Below are positions 17,789 to 27,047 of a stretch of 61,740 bases of DNA, piece by piece. The position numbers were made by a program, and so were the translations under genes. The notes beneath the pieces are model-generated. The model had not been told where the DNA came from, searched no databases, and saw nothing but the letters and a program-made list of their open reading frames with translations. Each line of letters opens with the position of its first letter. Within the stretch, counting starts at the first letter, position 1. Source of the stretch: an uncultured Eubacteriales bacterium (lineage in GTDB: Bacteria; Bacillota; Clostridia; Christensenellales; CAG-1252); the NCBI GenBank assembly GCA_902797685.1, contig CADBTQ010000071.1:1-61740 (forward strand). The letters are read 5' to 3'.

Positions 17789-20700
17789 TTAAGTCATACC
17801 CAAGTCCATGGTGGGATACTCGATACGGATATTGTCGCCCGCCACCGCGATTTGGGTGTACAGTCTATCCGCCGCGTCCCCCCATTGGATAAAGGTCTCG
17901 TGTTTTTGGTTGCTGAGATCGTCTTCGTCCACGTCGGTCACGTCCACGTCAAAGTGGGTCCACCATCTCAACGCCTTTTGGGTGGTATCCAATTTGCCGT
18001 CCGAGCCCACCACGTTGGTCATGGTGATCATGGAAGGCACCATGCCGTTGGCTTTGGTGGGAACGACGGTCAACGCGTCGCTGCCGTCCGATAAGCGATA
18101 GTAGGTGTGCACCACTCCGTCCACCGTGAAGTTCGTTGCGTCCAAAGGAGCGGGCGTCACGTTGAAGAACCCGCGTTTGAAGGCGACGCTGTCCTCGGTA
18201 GACAGCACCACGAAGGGGAATAGACTGCCCGCTTGAAGCTTGGCTTGATCCCAACCGATGCCGTCGGGGCTGTCGTCGCGGATCATGGACTCCAACACGT
18301 AGCGACCGTAATTGCCCAAGTTTTTGCAAAAAGCGGTGGTGACGTATTTGTCAAGCAATTCGGCTTTGATCATCAAAGTGATCGTGGGATAGCGGTCGAT
18401 CTTGTCGAGGTAATCGGACGCGATACCCAAGTATTTGGAGATATCTCTCCCCACGAGACCGTTGATCACGTCCAACATGATACCCGAGGTCTTGACCCCG
18501 CCGTTGTCGTCGATCAGACCGATCCCCCTGAGAATGCGGGGCAAGGAGCGGATCAAGTTGCGCAAACTGCTGATATCCGCGTATTTCTTGATGATATTGC
18601 CCACGTCGATCATGCCGTTTGCAAACTTGAGTTCGAGCAAACTCGCGCCGTTTTCGCTCAAATCAAAGCCCTTGCCGTTCGCCACGTCCGCTTTGGTGAC
18701 GGGGGCGGCGTCTTCGTCCACTCTGACGTACTCCACGTCTCCCCAATAGATGGGGGCGTTGAGCAACACTTCCAACTGAGGCATCACGCCGCGATAGATC
18801 AAGTCCTCGATCATGCGCACGAAGTCCCCGTTGTCAAGCGCGTTGAGCATGGGCAGCAAATTGTCGGCGATATAGTCCCCGTGAGCGCCCACCAAGTGCG
18901 CGCCATAGACCTGCCACAAAAGATCGCCCAAGGTCAGTCCGCCTTGGGATTTGCCGTAAGAGAAGTCGAACTTGAGGATATAATCCACGAAGTCCTCGGC
19001 AAAGTCGATCAAGCCGTAGCCCGCTTGGGGCGCGTCCGCCATCGTGAACTCGGTGCCGTCCGCATTGGGGATAAAGGGCACGAAATCCATGTCGGCGAGT
19101 TGGTCGATCAAATCGTTGAGGAGTTGGTACACGCCGTCCATGCTGCCGCCGGCAAGACCCGCGGTCATGGAGCGGATACGATCGTACAGCCCGTCGTTGA
19201 CGTAGCCTTTGATCATATTGCCGAGCATATTGCGGAGCCCTTTGCCCAAAGCGACGTCGATGCCGACGTAAGAGTCGCCGTCCATCTCGTATTCGGTACT
19301 CATCGCCACGCTGCCGTCCGCTTGCACTCTCGGCAACTTATAGCGGAACACGTCCACCCCGTCCAACTTATCGTTGAAGTCGGTAAAGTTGACGTGGGAA
19401 GCCACGTCTTCCGAATAGGCGCCGTCGGTGTACCAAGTTTGCTTGATCGCCAAGTCGCGCCAACCCGAACCCATACTCGCCATGGAGCCGGTCTCGAAGT
19501 CGTACAGGATGTTGCCCGATTGCGAAACAAAGTTTTCGATATCCATGGCGTGTTGGTGACCCGTAAAGGTATAACGGATACCGTGGTCCGCCAAGTTGGA
19601 AGCGACCTGTTCCCAGTTGTCGTAAGTAAACAAACTGATGACCTCGTCTTCGGTGTCAAAGTGAGGCAGAATGTTGATATGTCCCAAGCACACCACCAAA
19701 TTGCCTTGCTCGGCGTCTCGGTGGGTGGCGAGCGAGTCGAACGCCCACTTGAGCATATTGTTGAGAATGATACCGCCCGTGGTCTCGTCCCATCCGTCCG
19801 AGGACAGCATCGCCATATTGGTCTCGTCCTCTTTGAGCGCTTTGAATCGACGGCTGTCTCCGTCAAAACCCACGACGGTCACGCCGTTGAGCCTGGCGAT
19901 ATAACTGCACGCGCCGTGACGGCTGTATTGGGCGGTAATGCGGAAGTCTTTGTCGCTTGCGTTGTAATCTTCCACCGCCTGTGCCATGTCGGCGCCGCCT
20001 TGTTCGAGAGTCCAAGCGTTGAGACCGCCGCCCGAGAGGACTTTGTACTCGCGATCATAGACGTATCTATGCTCGGGGTCGAGTTCCTCCCCCACCAACA
20101 CCAAGGGCTCGTCCAATAATACGGGAGTCTCGGACAAAACCGTGTCGTCGTCGTACCAGAAGGGGGACTCGTAGAAAAACTCCAACTCGCAGCCGTCCGC
20201 CATACCGCAGGTAGGGAGATGTTTGCCCTCTTTGCGCAAAGGACAGTTGCAATAGCCGAAGTCGGAGAAGAGGGTGACGAACTCCAAGTTGGTGGTGGTA
20301 CGCACCCCCGTCTTTTTGAGGGAAGCGAGATACGCTTGCTTTTGTTCGGCACTCATCCCCCAAAACTCGGCGTACTCGTCGGCGTTATCGGGGTTGGGCA
20401 TAAAGGAGCCCGCTTTTTGGTTGTAGATGTCGTGGTTGCCGGGGATGGCGAAGAATTGGAATCCCTCGTAACCCTCGATCGCACGGATCTTGGCGGTGTA
20501 CTCTTTGAGTACCGAAGCCACCCACATGGTGTTGGCTAACTCGCCGTTGCTGGTGAGATCGCCCGTCAAAAAGACGTACATGGGGGCGTCGCCCGCTATC
20601 GCTTGGGCGTAGATGTCGTCAAGGGCGGTGCGGGTCAACTCTTGGGTCTCCCCCAACATTTTGCCGCTGGCGATACTGCCCGAAGCGTAACTTTGGGAAT

Positions 20701-20881
20701 AGGGATTGCACCACTCCTCGATCATGACGTGGATATCGGACATCTGCGCCAGTCTGACGGTGCGGCTGTGTTCCACTTCCGCCTTGCCCTCGTCGGCAAA
20801 CGCCAAGCTCACGCCCAGCATCGACCCGACCACGGCGACAACCAAAACCACGATCACAATACTCCAAATGCTCTTTTTCAT
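17789..20881 (-). CDS. Secreted calcineurin-like metallophosphoesterase; N-terminal part of the split gene
   Basis: Signal peptide, SDIH, TGDLT, PGNHD, GH, FTGHQH motifs; ends in the middle of an FN3-like domain. Confidence 0.8.
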   Translation of the reverse strand: MKKSIWSIVIVVLVVAVVGSMLGVSLAFADEGKAEVEHSRTVRLAQMSDIHVMIEEWCNPYSQSYASGSIASGKMLGETQELTRTALDDIYAQAIAGDAPMYVFLTGDLTSNGELANTMWVASVLKEYTAKIRAIEGYEGFQFFAIPGNHDIYNQKAGSFMPNPDNADEYAEFWGMSAEQKQAYLASLKKTGVRTTTNLEFVTLFSDFGYCNCPLRKEGKHLPTCGMADGCELEFFYESPFWYDDDTVLSETPVLLDEPLVLVGEELDPEHRYVYDREYKVLSGGGLNAWTLEQGGADMAQAVEDYNASDKDFRITAQYSRHGACSYIARLNGVTVVGFDGDSRRFKALKEDETNMAMLSSDGWDETTGGIILNNMLKWAFDSLATHRDAEQGNLVVCLGHINILPHFDTEDEVISLFTYDNWEQVASNLADHGIRYTFTGHQHAMDIENFVSQSGNILYDFETGSMASMGSGWRDLAIKQTWYTDGAYSEDVASHVNFTDFNDKLDGVDVFRYKLPRVQADGSVAMSTEYEMDGDSYVGIDVALGKGLRNMLGNMIKGYVNDGLYDRIRSMTAGLAGGSMDGVYQLLNDLIDQLADMDFVPFIPNADGTEFTMADAPQAGYGLIDFAEDFVDYILKFDFSYGKSQGGLTLGDLLWQVYGAHLVGAHGDYIADNLLPMLNALDNGDFVRMIEDLIYRGVMPQLEVLLNAPIYWGDVEYVRVDEDAAPVTKADVANGKGFDLSENGASLLELKFANGMIDVGNIIKKYADISSLRNLIRSLPRILRGIGLIDDNGGVKTSGIMLDVINGLVGRDISKYLGIASDYLDKIDRYPTITLMIKAELLDKYVTTAFCKNLGNYGRYVLESMIRDDSPDGIGWDQAKLQAGSLFPFVVLSTEDSVAFKRGFFNVTPAPLDATNFTVDGVVHTYYRLSDGSDALTVVPTKANGMVPSMITMTNVVGSDGKLDTTQKALRWWTHFDVDVTDVDEDDLSNQKHETFIQWGDAADRLYTQIAVAGDNIRIEYPTMDLGMT

Positions 20882-20924
20882 AATGCGTCTCCTTGAGGGG
20901 CAACCCCTCGCGTGTGTGAGCGTG

Positions 20925-22466
20925 TTATCTTACCAACAAACTCTTGCCGGTCATCTCTTGGGGTTGCTCGAGCCCCATAATGTCAAACAAAGTAGGCACG
21001 ATATCCGCCAGGATACCGTCGTTGAGGCGAGCGCCGACCAAACTATCGTCCACCGCCACGAAAGGCACGCGGTTGGTGGTATGCGCCGTAAAGGGGGAGC
21101 CGTCCTCGGCAATCATGTACTCGGCGTTGCCGTGATCGGCGGTGATCAGGGCGGTACCGCCCAAACTTCGGATGGTCTCGGTGACCTGCTTGACGCACTC
21201 GTCCACCGCTTTGACCGCTTCGACCGCCGCGGGGATGATGCCCGTGTGTCCCACCATGTCGCAGTTGGCGAAGTTGAGGACCATCAAGTCGTACTTGCCG
21301 CTCTTGATGAGTTCGCAAGCCTTGTCCGCCACTTCGTGCGCGCTCATGTCGGGTTTGAGGTCGAAGGTCTTGACGTCGGGAGAGGGAATCAACACCCTGT
21401 CCTCGTTGGGATTGGCTTTTTCCACCCCGCCGTTAAAGAAGAAGGTGACGTGCGCGTACTTTTGGGTCTCGGCGATACGCAGTTGGGTATAGCCGCACTT
21501 GGACACGTACTCGCCGAAGGTGTTGGCGTACTCTTGGGGTTTGAAAGCGATATCCACCCCGGTAAAGGACTCGTCGTATTGCTTAAAGCAGACGTAGTAG
21601 GGGTGCAGATACTCGGGACGGGGGAAGGAATCGAACTCGGGATAGATAAAGGCACGGGTGATCTGGCGAGCGCGGTCGGGACGGAAGTTGAAAAAGATGA
21701 TCGCGTCCTCTTTGCCGATGGAGCCCACCGCTTTGCCGTCTTTGACAATGACCGAAGGCAACACGAATTCGTCGGTGACCCCGCGAGCGTAGCTGTCGCG
21801 AATGGCGTCCAACGCCGACTCAAAGGGCAAGCCCTCCCCCAAAGTCAGGGCGCGATACGCTTTTTCGTTGCGATCCCAAGCGAAATCGCGGTCCATGGCG
21901 TAGAATCTACCGCACACGGTAGCGATACGACCCACGCCGATCTCCTTGATCTTGTCCTCGAGCATGGCGATATAGTGTTCGCCCGAAGTGGGAGATACGT
22001 CGCGACCGTCCATAAAGCAATGGACCGCCACGTCCTCGAGCCCACGGCGTTTTGCCATCTCCAACAGCGCAAACAAGTGGGTGATGTGGCTGTGCACGCC
22101 GCCGTCCGAGAGTAGTCCCATCAAGTGGAGACGTTTGCCGTTTTGCTTGGCGTAGTCCATTGCGCCGACCAACGCTTCGTTTTGGAAGAAGTCGCCGTCT
22201 TGGATGCTCTTGGTGATACGGGTGAGGTCTTGGTAGATGATGCGACCCGCGCCCATATTGAGGTGACCCACCTCGCTGTTGCCCATTTGTCCGTCGGGCA
22301 GACCCACATCCATACCGCTGGCACCCAAGGTGCTGTGGGGATAGCGAGCCATAAGCGAATCGAGGTAGGGAGTACCCGCCATGGCGATGGCGTTGCCGTA
22401 AGTCTCCTTGCGCAAACCAAAGCCGTCCATGATGATAATGCTGTAAAACTTGTCGGATTTTCTCAT
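20925..22466 (-). CDS. gpmI: 2,3-bisphosphoglycerate-independent phosphoglycerate mutase
   Basis: IMDGFG, GQMGNSEVGH, SDGGVHSH, NFRPDRAR, NCDMVGHTG, TADHGNAE; start is 22466 or 22481. Confidence 0.96.
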   Translation of the reverse strand: MRKSDKFYSIIIMDGFGLRKETYGNAIAMAGTPYLDSLMARYPHSTLGASGMDVGLPDGQMGNSEVGHLNMGAGRIIYQDLTRITKSIQDGDFFQNEALVGAMDYAKQNGKRLHLMGLLSDGGVHSHITHLFALLEMAKRRGLEDVAVHCFMDGRDVSPTSGEHYIAMLEDKIKEIGVGRIATVCGRFYAMDRDFAWDRNEKAYRALTLGEGLPFESALDAIRDSYARGVTDEFVLPSVIVKDGKAVGSIGKEDAIIFFNFRPDRARQITRAFIYPEFDSFPRPEYLHPYYVCFKQYDESFTGVDIAFKPQEYANTFGEYVSKCGYTQLRIAETQKYAHVTFFFNGGVEKANPNEDRVLIPSPDVKTFDLKPDMSAHEVADKACELIKSGKYDLMVLNFANCDMVGHTGIIPAAVEAVKAVDECVKQVTETIRSLGGTALITADHGNAEYMIAEDGSPFTAHTTNRVPFVAVDDSLVGARLNDGILADIVPTLFDIMGLEQPQEMTGKSLLVR

Positions 22467-22531
22467 ATCTTCAAAATGCACAAAAGGATGAGCGAATCGT
22501 CCTTTTTGGGTGTGTCTATATAGGGAGTCGA

Positions 22532-23290
22532 TTATTTGTCAAAGCCAACGACTTTGGCAAAGTCTTCCGCTTTGAGGCTGGCGCCGCCGATCAAACCGCC
22601 GTCGATCTCGGGCATAGCCATCAATTCTTTGGCGTTTTTGGCGTTCATGCTGCCGCCGTATTGGATGCGCACGCGATTTTCGGCGCACTTGGGGCAATAC
22701 AACTCCGCCATGCAGTCACGGATGATCTTGATGGTGTCGTTGGCGTCTTGCGCGGTCGCGGTCTTGCCGGTACCGATCGCCCACACGGGTTCGTAAGCGA
22801 TGACGATGTTGTCCAATTCGTCGTTGTCGATGCCCTCGAAAGCGGCTTTGGTTTGACGAGTGACCACTTCGGCGGTGACGCCCGCTTCGCGCTCGGCAAG
22901 GGTCTCGCCCACGCAGAGGATCACTTTGAGTCCGCGGGAGAGCGCGGCTTTGACGCGGGCGTTGACGGTTTGGTCGGTCTCACCGAAGTAGGTGCGGCGC
23001 TCGCTGTGCCCGACGATGACGTATTCCACGCCCAACTCTTTGAGCATGTCGGCGCTGATCTCACCGGTGAAAGCGCCCTTTTCCGCCCAGTGCACGTTTT
23101 CGGCGCCCACGTGGATGTTGCTGCCTTTGGTGGCTTCCACAGCGGCTGCCAAGTCGGTGTAGGGGGTGCAAATGACCACGTCACAGTTGGCGTCTTTGAC
23201 CAAAGGGATGAGGTCGGCGACCAACGCCTTGGTTTGGGCGATGGTGTTGTTCATTTTCCAGTTACCTGCAATGATAGGTTTTCTTGCCAT
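22532..23290 (-). CDS. tpiA: Triosephosphate isomerase
   Basis: IAGNWKMN, GAFTGEIS, GHSERR, AYEPVWAIGTG, YGGS, GGASL; SD aggag before ATG 23290. Confidence 0.97.
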   Translation of the reverse strand: MARKPIIAGNWKMNNTIAQTKALVADLIPLVKDANCDVVICTPYTDLAAAVEATKGSNIHVGAENVHWAEKGAFTGEISADMLKELGVEYVIVGHSERRTYFGETDQTVNARVKAALSRGLKVILCVGETLAEREAGVTAEVVTRQTKAAFEGIDNDELDNIVIAYEPVWAIGTGKTATAQDANDTIKIIRDCMAELYCPKCAENRVRIQYGGSMNAKNAKELMAMPEIDGGLIGGASLKAEDFAKVVGFDK

Positions 23291-23388
23291 AATATTTCTC
23301 CTTATGAGTTTGTTTCGATTTGTGTCCCACTCTCCGCCTACGAAGGTTTTTTGCTTCTCCACCTACGTTTGCCCCGCTTGGACCGGGA

Positions 23389-23564
23389 GTTGAGAGGAGA
23401 GAGCGGGTGTCCTAACGAGTGAGCGATGCCCAACGTACTCCTTGTACATGACATGGTATTGCCCAAGGGCACGCTAGATACGCTCGACTACGCTCGGTAT
23501 GACTGCGTGCGCGTTCCGATAGCGCAAGCGAACGACTGCACGTCGCCGTATTTTTTTGCTCAAC
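23389..23564. repeat. Family A hairpin repeat interrupted by an insertion carrying a family B REP-like element (23477-23503)
   Basis: Left half gagaggagagagcggg...gtactccttgtac and right half gcgcaagcgaacgactgcacgtcgcc match copy 1; the middle contains gatacgctcgactacgctcggtatgac. Confidence 0.65.
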
Positions 23565-23586
23565 ACGCTTTTCTCTCTCACCGCAC

Positions 23587-23714
23587 CAACGATAAGTAAT
23601 TGAGATGAGAGAGGGTGCGTGCCAAGGAGCGAGCCGAGCGCCTAGTGTACTCCTTGTACACGACGCGAGCGAGCGACCGAACGTCGCCCTATCTCGCTCA
23701 ATTACTTATCGTTG
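23587..23714. repeat. Family A hairpin repeat with perfect 18-bp inverted arms overlapping the pgk stop
   Basis: caacgataagtaattgag (23587-23604) and ctcaattacttatcgttg (23697-23714); core matches 4560-4655. Confidence 0.8.
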
Positions 23715-25015
23715 AGGCAGGCGATTCCGGGAAGGATTTTGCCCTCAAACAACTCCAACGACGCACCGCCACCTGTAGAGATGTGGGTCATCTTGTCGGC
23801 AAAACCGAGTTGCGCCACAGCGGCTGCGGAGTCACCGCCACCGATGATGGTGATCGCGCCCTCCGCCTCTGCCATGGCTTTGGCGATGGCTTTGGTGCCG
23901 GCGGCGAGGATGGGATTCTCAAACACGCCCATGGGTCCGTTCCACACCACGCTCTTGGCTTTTTTGATTTCGGAAGCAAACAATTCGCGGCTCTTTTCGC
24001 CGATATCCAAGCCCTCTTTGTCCTCGGGGATCTGATCGGCGGGCACCGTCTCGATGGCGATCTCGGCGTCGATGGGGTCGGGGAAACTGTCGGCGACCAC
24101 GGTGTCGATGGGCAGGAGCAATTTTTTGCCCAAGCGCTCGGCTTTCGCCATCATCTCGCGGCAATAGTCGAGTTTTTCATCGTCGACCAAGCTCTTGCCG
24201 ATGCCGTAGCCTTTGGCTTTGAGGAAGGTAAACGCCATGCCGCCGCCGATGATAAGGCTGTCGCATTTTTCGAGCAAGTTGCTGATGACGTTGAGTTTGT
24301 CAGCCACTTTGGCGCCGCCCAAGACCGCCACGAAGGGACGGACGGGATTTTCCAAAGTAGCCGCCATCACGTTGAGTTCCTTTTCGATCAGGAAGCCGCA
24401 GACCGCGGTCTTGACGAAACCGTATTCCACGATAGCGGCGGTGGTGGCGTGAGAGCGGTGAGCGGTACCGAAAGCGTCGTTGACGTACACGTCGCAGAAG
24501 GACGCCAATTTGCGGCACAATTCCTCGTCGCGTTTTTCTTCGCCCGCTTCAAAACGGGTGTTTTGGAGCAACAGCACGTCCCCGTCCTTGAGGGCAGCCA
24601 CTTTGGCTTGCGCGTCGGGACCTACCACGTCCTCGGCAAACGCCACGGGGCGACCCAACTTCTCCGCCAAACGAAGGGCGACGGGACGAAGGGAGAACTT
24701 TTCTTTATCTTTGAGAGCCTTTTTGAGGAACTCGGCTTTGGCTGCCGCTTGTTCTTCGACAGGCAGCGCTTCGACCGCTTTCTTTTCCTTTTTGTTGAGG
24801 CCGAAACCGGGGGTCAACACGTTGTGCGGCTTGCCCATGTGGGAGCACAGGATGACCTTGGCGCCTTGGTCGATGAGATATTGAATGGTCGGCAACGCGC
24901 CGTTGATACGGTTTTCATCGGTGATCACACCGTCTTTCATGGGCACGTTGAAGTCCACGCGCACCAAGCAACGTTTGCCTTTGACGTCTACGTCTCTAAC
25001 TGTCTTTTTGTTCAT
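23702..25015 (-). CDS. pgk: Phosphoglycerate kinase with an N-domain insertion
   Basis: [48 protein letters not shown]. Confidence 0.97.
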   Translation of the reverse strand: MNKKTVRDVDVKGKRCLVRVDFNVPMKDGVITDENRINGALPTIQYLIDQGAKVILCSHMGKPHNVLTPGFGLNKKEKKAVEALPVEEQAAAKAEFLKKALKDKEKFSLRPVALRLAEKLGRPVAFAEDVVGPDAQAKVAALKDGDVLLLQNTRFEAGEEKRDEELCRKLASFCDVYVNDAFGTAHRSHATTAAIVEYGFVKTAVCGFLIEKELNVMAATLENPVRPFVAVLGGAKVADKLNVISNLLEKCDSLIIGGGMAFTFLKAKGYGIGKSLVDDEKLDYCREMMAKAERLGKKLLLPIDTVVADSFPDPIDAEIAIETVPADQIPEDKEGLDIGEKSRELFASEIKKAKSVVWNGPMGVFENPILAAGTKAIAKAMAEAEGAITIIGGGDSAAAVAQLGFADKMTHISTGGGASLELFEGKILPGIACLNDK

Positions 25016-25130
25016 ACAATAAAACTCTCCTTATTGTTTGGATTTCGTCTAACAGTATACCACACTCCCCCGCCTTTTGTAAAGGGTCTTTTGCAAACTT
25101 CACCTATGGTGAAAGAGAGTTTGAGTTATC

Positions 25131-25166
25131 AAAAAAACGCGGCCGAGCGATTTTGCTCGGTCGCGT
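25131..25166 (-). terminator. Intrinsic terminator
   Basis: acgcggccgagc-gatttt-gctcggtcgcgt with a T-tract on the minus strand, downstream of the hydrolase. Confidence 0.75.
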
Positions 25167-25182
25167 CTTGTCATTCGGCGAC

Positions 25183-26070
25183 TCAGATCCTGTCGAACAG
25201 CCAACGGAAGGCGTCTTTTGCCTCGTGGGAGACGGCGAAGGACAGAGGATAACAATGCCACAACTCCTCCCCCACCAAGACGTCGGCTCTGCCGCCTTTG
25301 GCTTGGATGGCTTTGACGAGCCTTTCCCCGTCCGAACGCCACACCTCTTCCCCGCCGACCACGACGAAGGTGGGCGGCATGTCGGACAACCTACCCCACA
25401 GAGGGGACACGCGACTGCTTTGCGGGGGCAATTCCCCTGCGTAACGCCACAAGGGAGAGTCCGCCATCCCATCCTTGATATCCTTGCCGCCCAAGGCTTT
25501 TTGCCCGCCGATGGGATCGAGGTAATAGTTGTCGTAATAACTCTCTCCTGAACAGGTAGCGTCGGTGAGGGGACTGATGAGCAAAAGCGTGGCGGGGGTC
25601 ACCGACCCTTCGTCGCGCAACTGCATACTGAGCACGGTCGCCAAGTTGCCGCCCGCGTCGTCCCCCAACAGCACCGTATGCGGCGAAGCTAACGCACGCC
25701 ACACCGCTTTGACCTCGTCGATCGCCACGGGATACACGTTGGGATACACGGCGTAGTCGGGGGCGTACACCGTACGATGGGTACATAGCGCGATATACTC
25801 CGCCACCTTGCGATAAGCGTCGGTGAGGGGGCAGGTGTACATACCGCCGTGCAGATAAAATAGATCCCCCCGATCTTCCGAAGGAGTCCACCTCTCCACG
25901 GGCACGCCCGCTACCGTCAGGCGAGTGTACTCCACGCCTTTGGCGGGCACATAACGGGAAGACGCCCCACCCATAGAGGTGAGGGTATCCAACCATTGCT
26001 GCCAGCCGTCCGCCCCGTGAAAAGCGGTGCGAGCGAGTTTTCGTTTGACGAGATAAGTGCCGAATCGCAT
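25183..26070 (-). CDS. Alpha/beta hydrolase (HSL / Abhydrolase_3 family) with GDDAGG in place of GDSAGG
   Basis: YLHGG, PDY, YP..IDE, LGDDAGGNLA, ISPLTD, SPLWG, LWH; ATG overlaps the upstream stop (TAATG). Confidence 0.85.
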   Translation of the reverse strand: MRFGTYLVKRKLARTAFHGADGWQQWLDTLTSMGGASSRYVPAKGVEYTRLTVAGVPVERWTPSEDRGDLFYLHGGMYTCPLTDAYRKVAEYIALCTHRTVYAPDYAVYPNVYPVAIDEVKAVWRALASPHTVLLGDDAGGNLATVLSMQLRDEGSVTPATLLLISPLTDATCSGESYYDNYYLDPIGGQKALGGKDIKDGMADSPLWRYAGELPPQSSRVSPLWGRLSDMPPTFVVVGGEEVWRSDGERLVKAIQAKGGRADVLVGEELWHCYPLSFAVSHEAKDAFRWLFDRI

Positions 26071-26393
26071 TAGTCGAGGCGGAAGGTGGGAATGTACATC
26101 TCCACGACCAAACCCTTTTGGGCGACCACGCGGTGGTTGGCGATCTCCTCGTTCCAATATCCCTTTTCCACGTCGTGCCAACTCTTGCCGCGCAAGATCT
26201 TGAACTCAAACGCCTCGCCCACGGCAAGGTATTTGATGGCTTTGTAGCCCTTGTCGGTCAAGGTCATTTTCCAAGCGTCTTCGGGTTGCCAACTGCCCGA
26301 AGTGTGGGTCACACCACACAGATACAGTCCGTCAGGGGTGGGCCAATCGGTTTTTGCATAAAAAGTTACTCTACATTTTTTGACGTCAGACAT
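26070..26393 (-). CDS. Small CBM20-like (starch-binding-type) domain protein
   Basis: LYLCG..H.SGSWQP...FEFK..RG.SW..VEKG...EIANH pattern; SD aaaggag. Confidence 0.6.
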   Translation of the reverse strand: MSDVKKCRVTFYAKTDWPTPDGLYLCGVTHTSGSWQPEDAWKMTLTDKGYKAIKYLAVGEAFEFKILRGKSWHDVEKGYWNEEIANHRVVAQKGLVVEMYIPTFRLD

Positions 26394-26437
26394 CTTAATC
26401 ACTCCTTTTTCTTCTCGTTTTTATCCAGTACTGCCTT

Positions 26438-26504
26438 ATTGTAGCACGCAAAGCGCGGGATAGTCAAATCTATCTTGACAATACCCCTCGTTTATCGATA
26501 TAAT
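26438..26504. promoter_or_regulatory. Back-to-back sigma-A promoters
   Basis: Plus strand: TTGACA (26475)-18-TATAAT (26499). Minus strand: TTGACT (26467)-18-TACAAT with an extended TG. Confidence 0.7.
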
Positions 26505-26569
26505 TTAATGGGCAGGAGCGGGTGACAGCGCCCGCTCGTCCCACGGGCGAATGCCCGCAAGGAGAGTAT

Positions 26570-27046
26570 ATGAACTTGTTACTGGCAGTCGACAATAGCC
26601 TATACGTCCCGGCGTGGGTGGCGTTTTTTGTCGTGATGACCATCATCGGGTTTTGTATCATGCGGCTGGACAAAAAGCGGTTTGATCTGCAAAAAGCCCG
26701 CAGCGACCAAATGATGGCTCCGCGCAAAAAGGCGGGCGACCCCGACGAGGAAGTCCCCGAGGACGGCAAAAAGAAAAAGAAGGGCAAAAAACGCGCCAAA
26801 GAGGAAGTCCCCGAGGATTACGAGTACCAAGATCGCGTCCCCAACGGGGCGTTGATCGCCGTCGCCATCCTGTTGGGCGGCGTGGGAGAATTGCTCGCCA
26901 TGTTGATATACCGCCACAAGTGGTACAAATGGGCGTTCCGCACTTTTATCCCTATCCTCGCCGTGTTCAACCTCGCCGTGTTCGGCTTGCTCCTGTACGT
27001 CATACTGGAGATGGGCGCGGGCAACGCGTTGACGAATATTGTGTAG
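26570..27046 (+). CDS. DUF1294-like membrane protein with a charged insertion
   Basis: MRLDKKR...RVPNGALIAVAILLGGVG...YRHK matches the DUF1294 pattern; SD aaggag. Confidence 0.65.
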   Translation: MNLLLAVDNSLYVPAWVAFFVVMTIIGFCIMRLDKKRFDLQKARSDQMMAPRKKAGDPDEEVPEDGKKKKKGKKRAKEEVPEDYEYQDRVPNGALIAVAILLGGVGELLAMLIYRHKWYKWAFRTFIPILAVFNLAVFGLLLYVILEMGAGNALTNIV

Positions 27047-27047
27047 T

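Noticed and set aside
17792-17803. LGMT / ggtatgact just before the in-frame stop resembles the end of the family B element
   Set aside because: Only about 9 nt match and the 5' half (GATACGCTCGA) is absent; likely coincidence.
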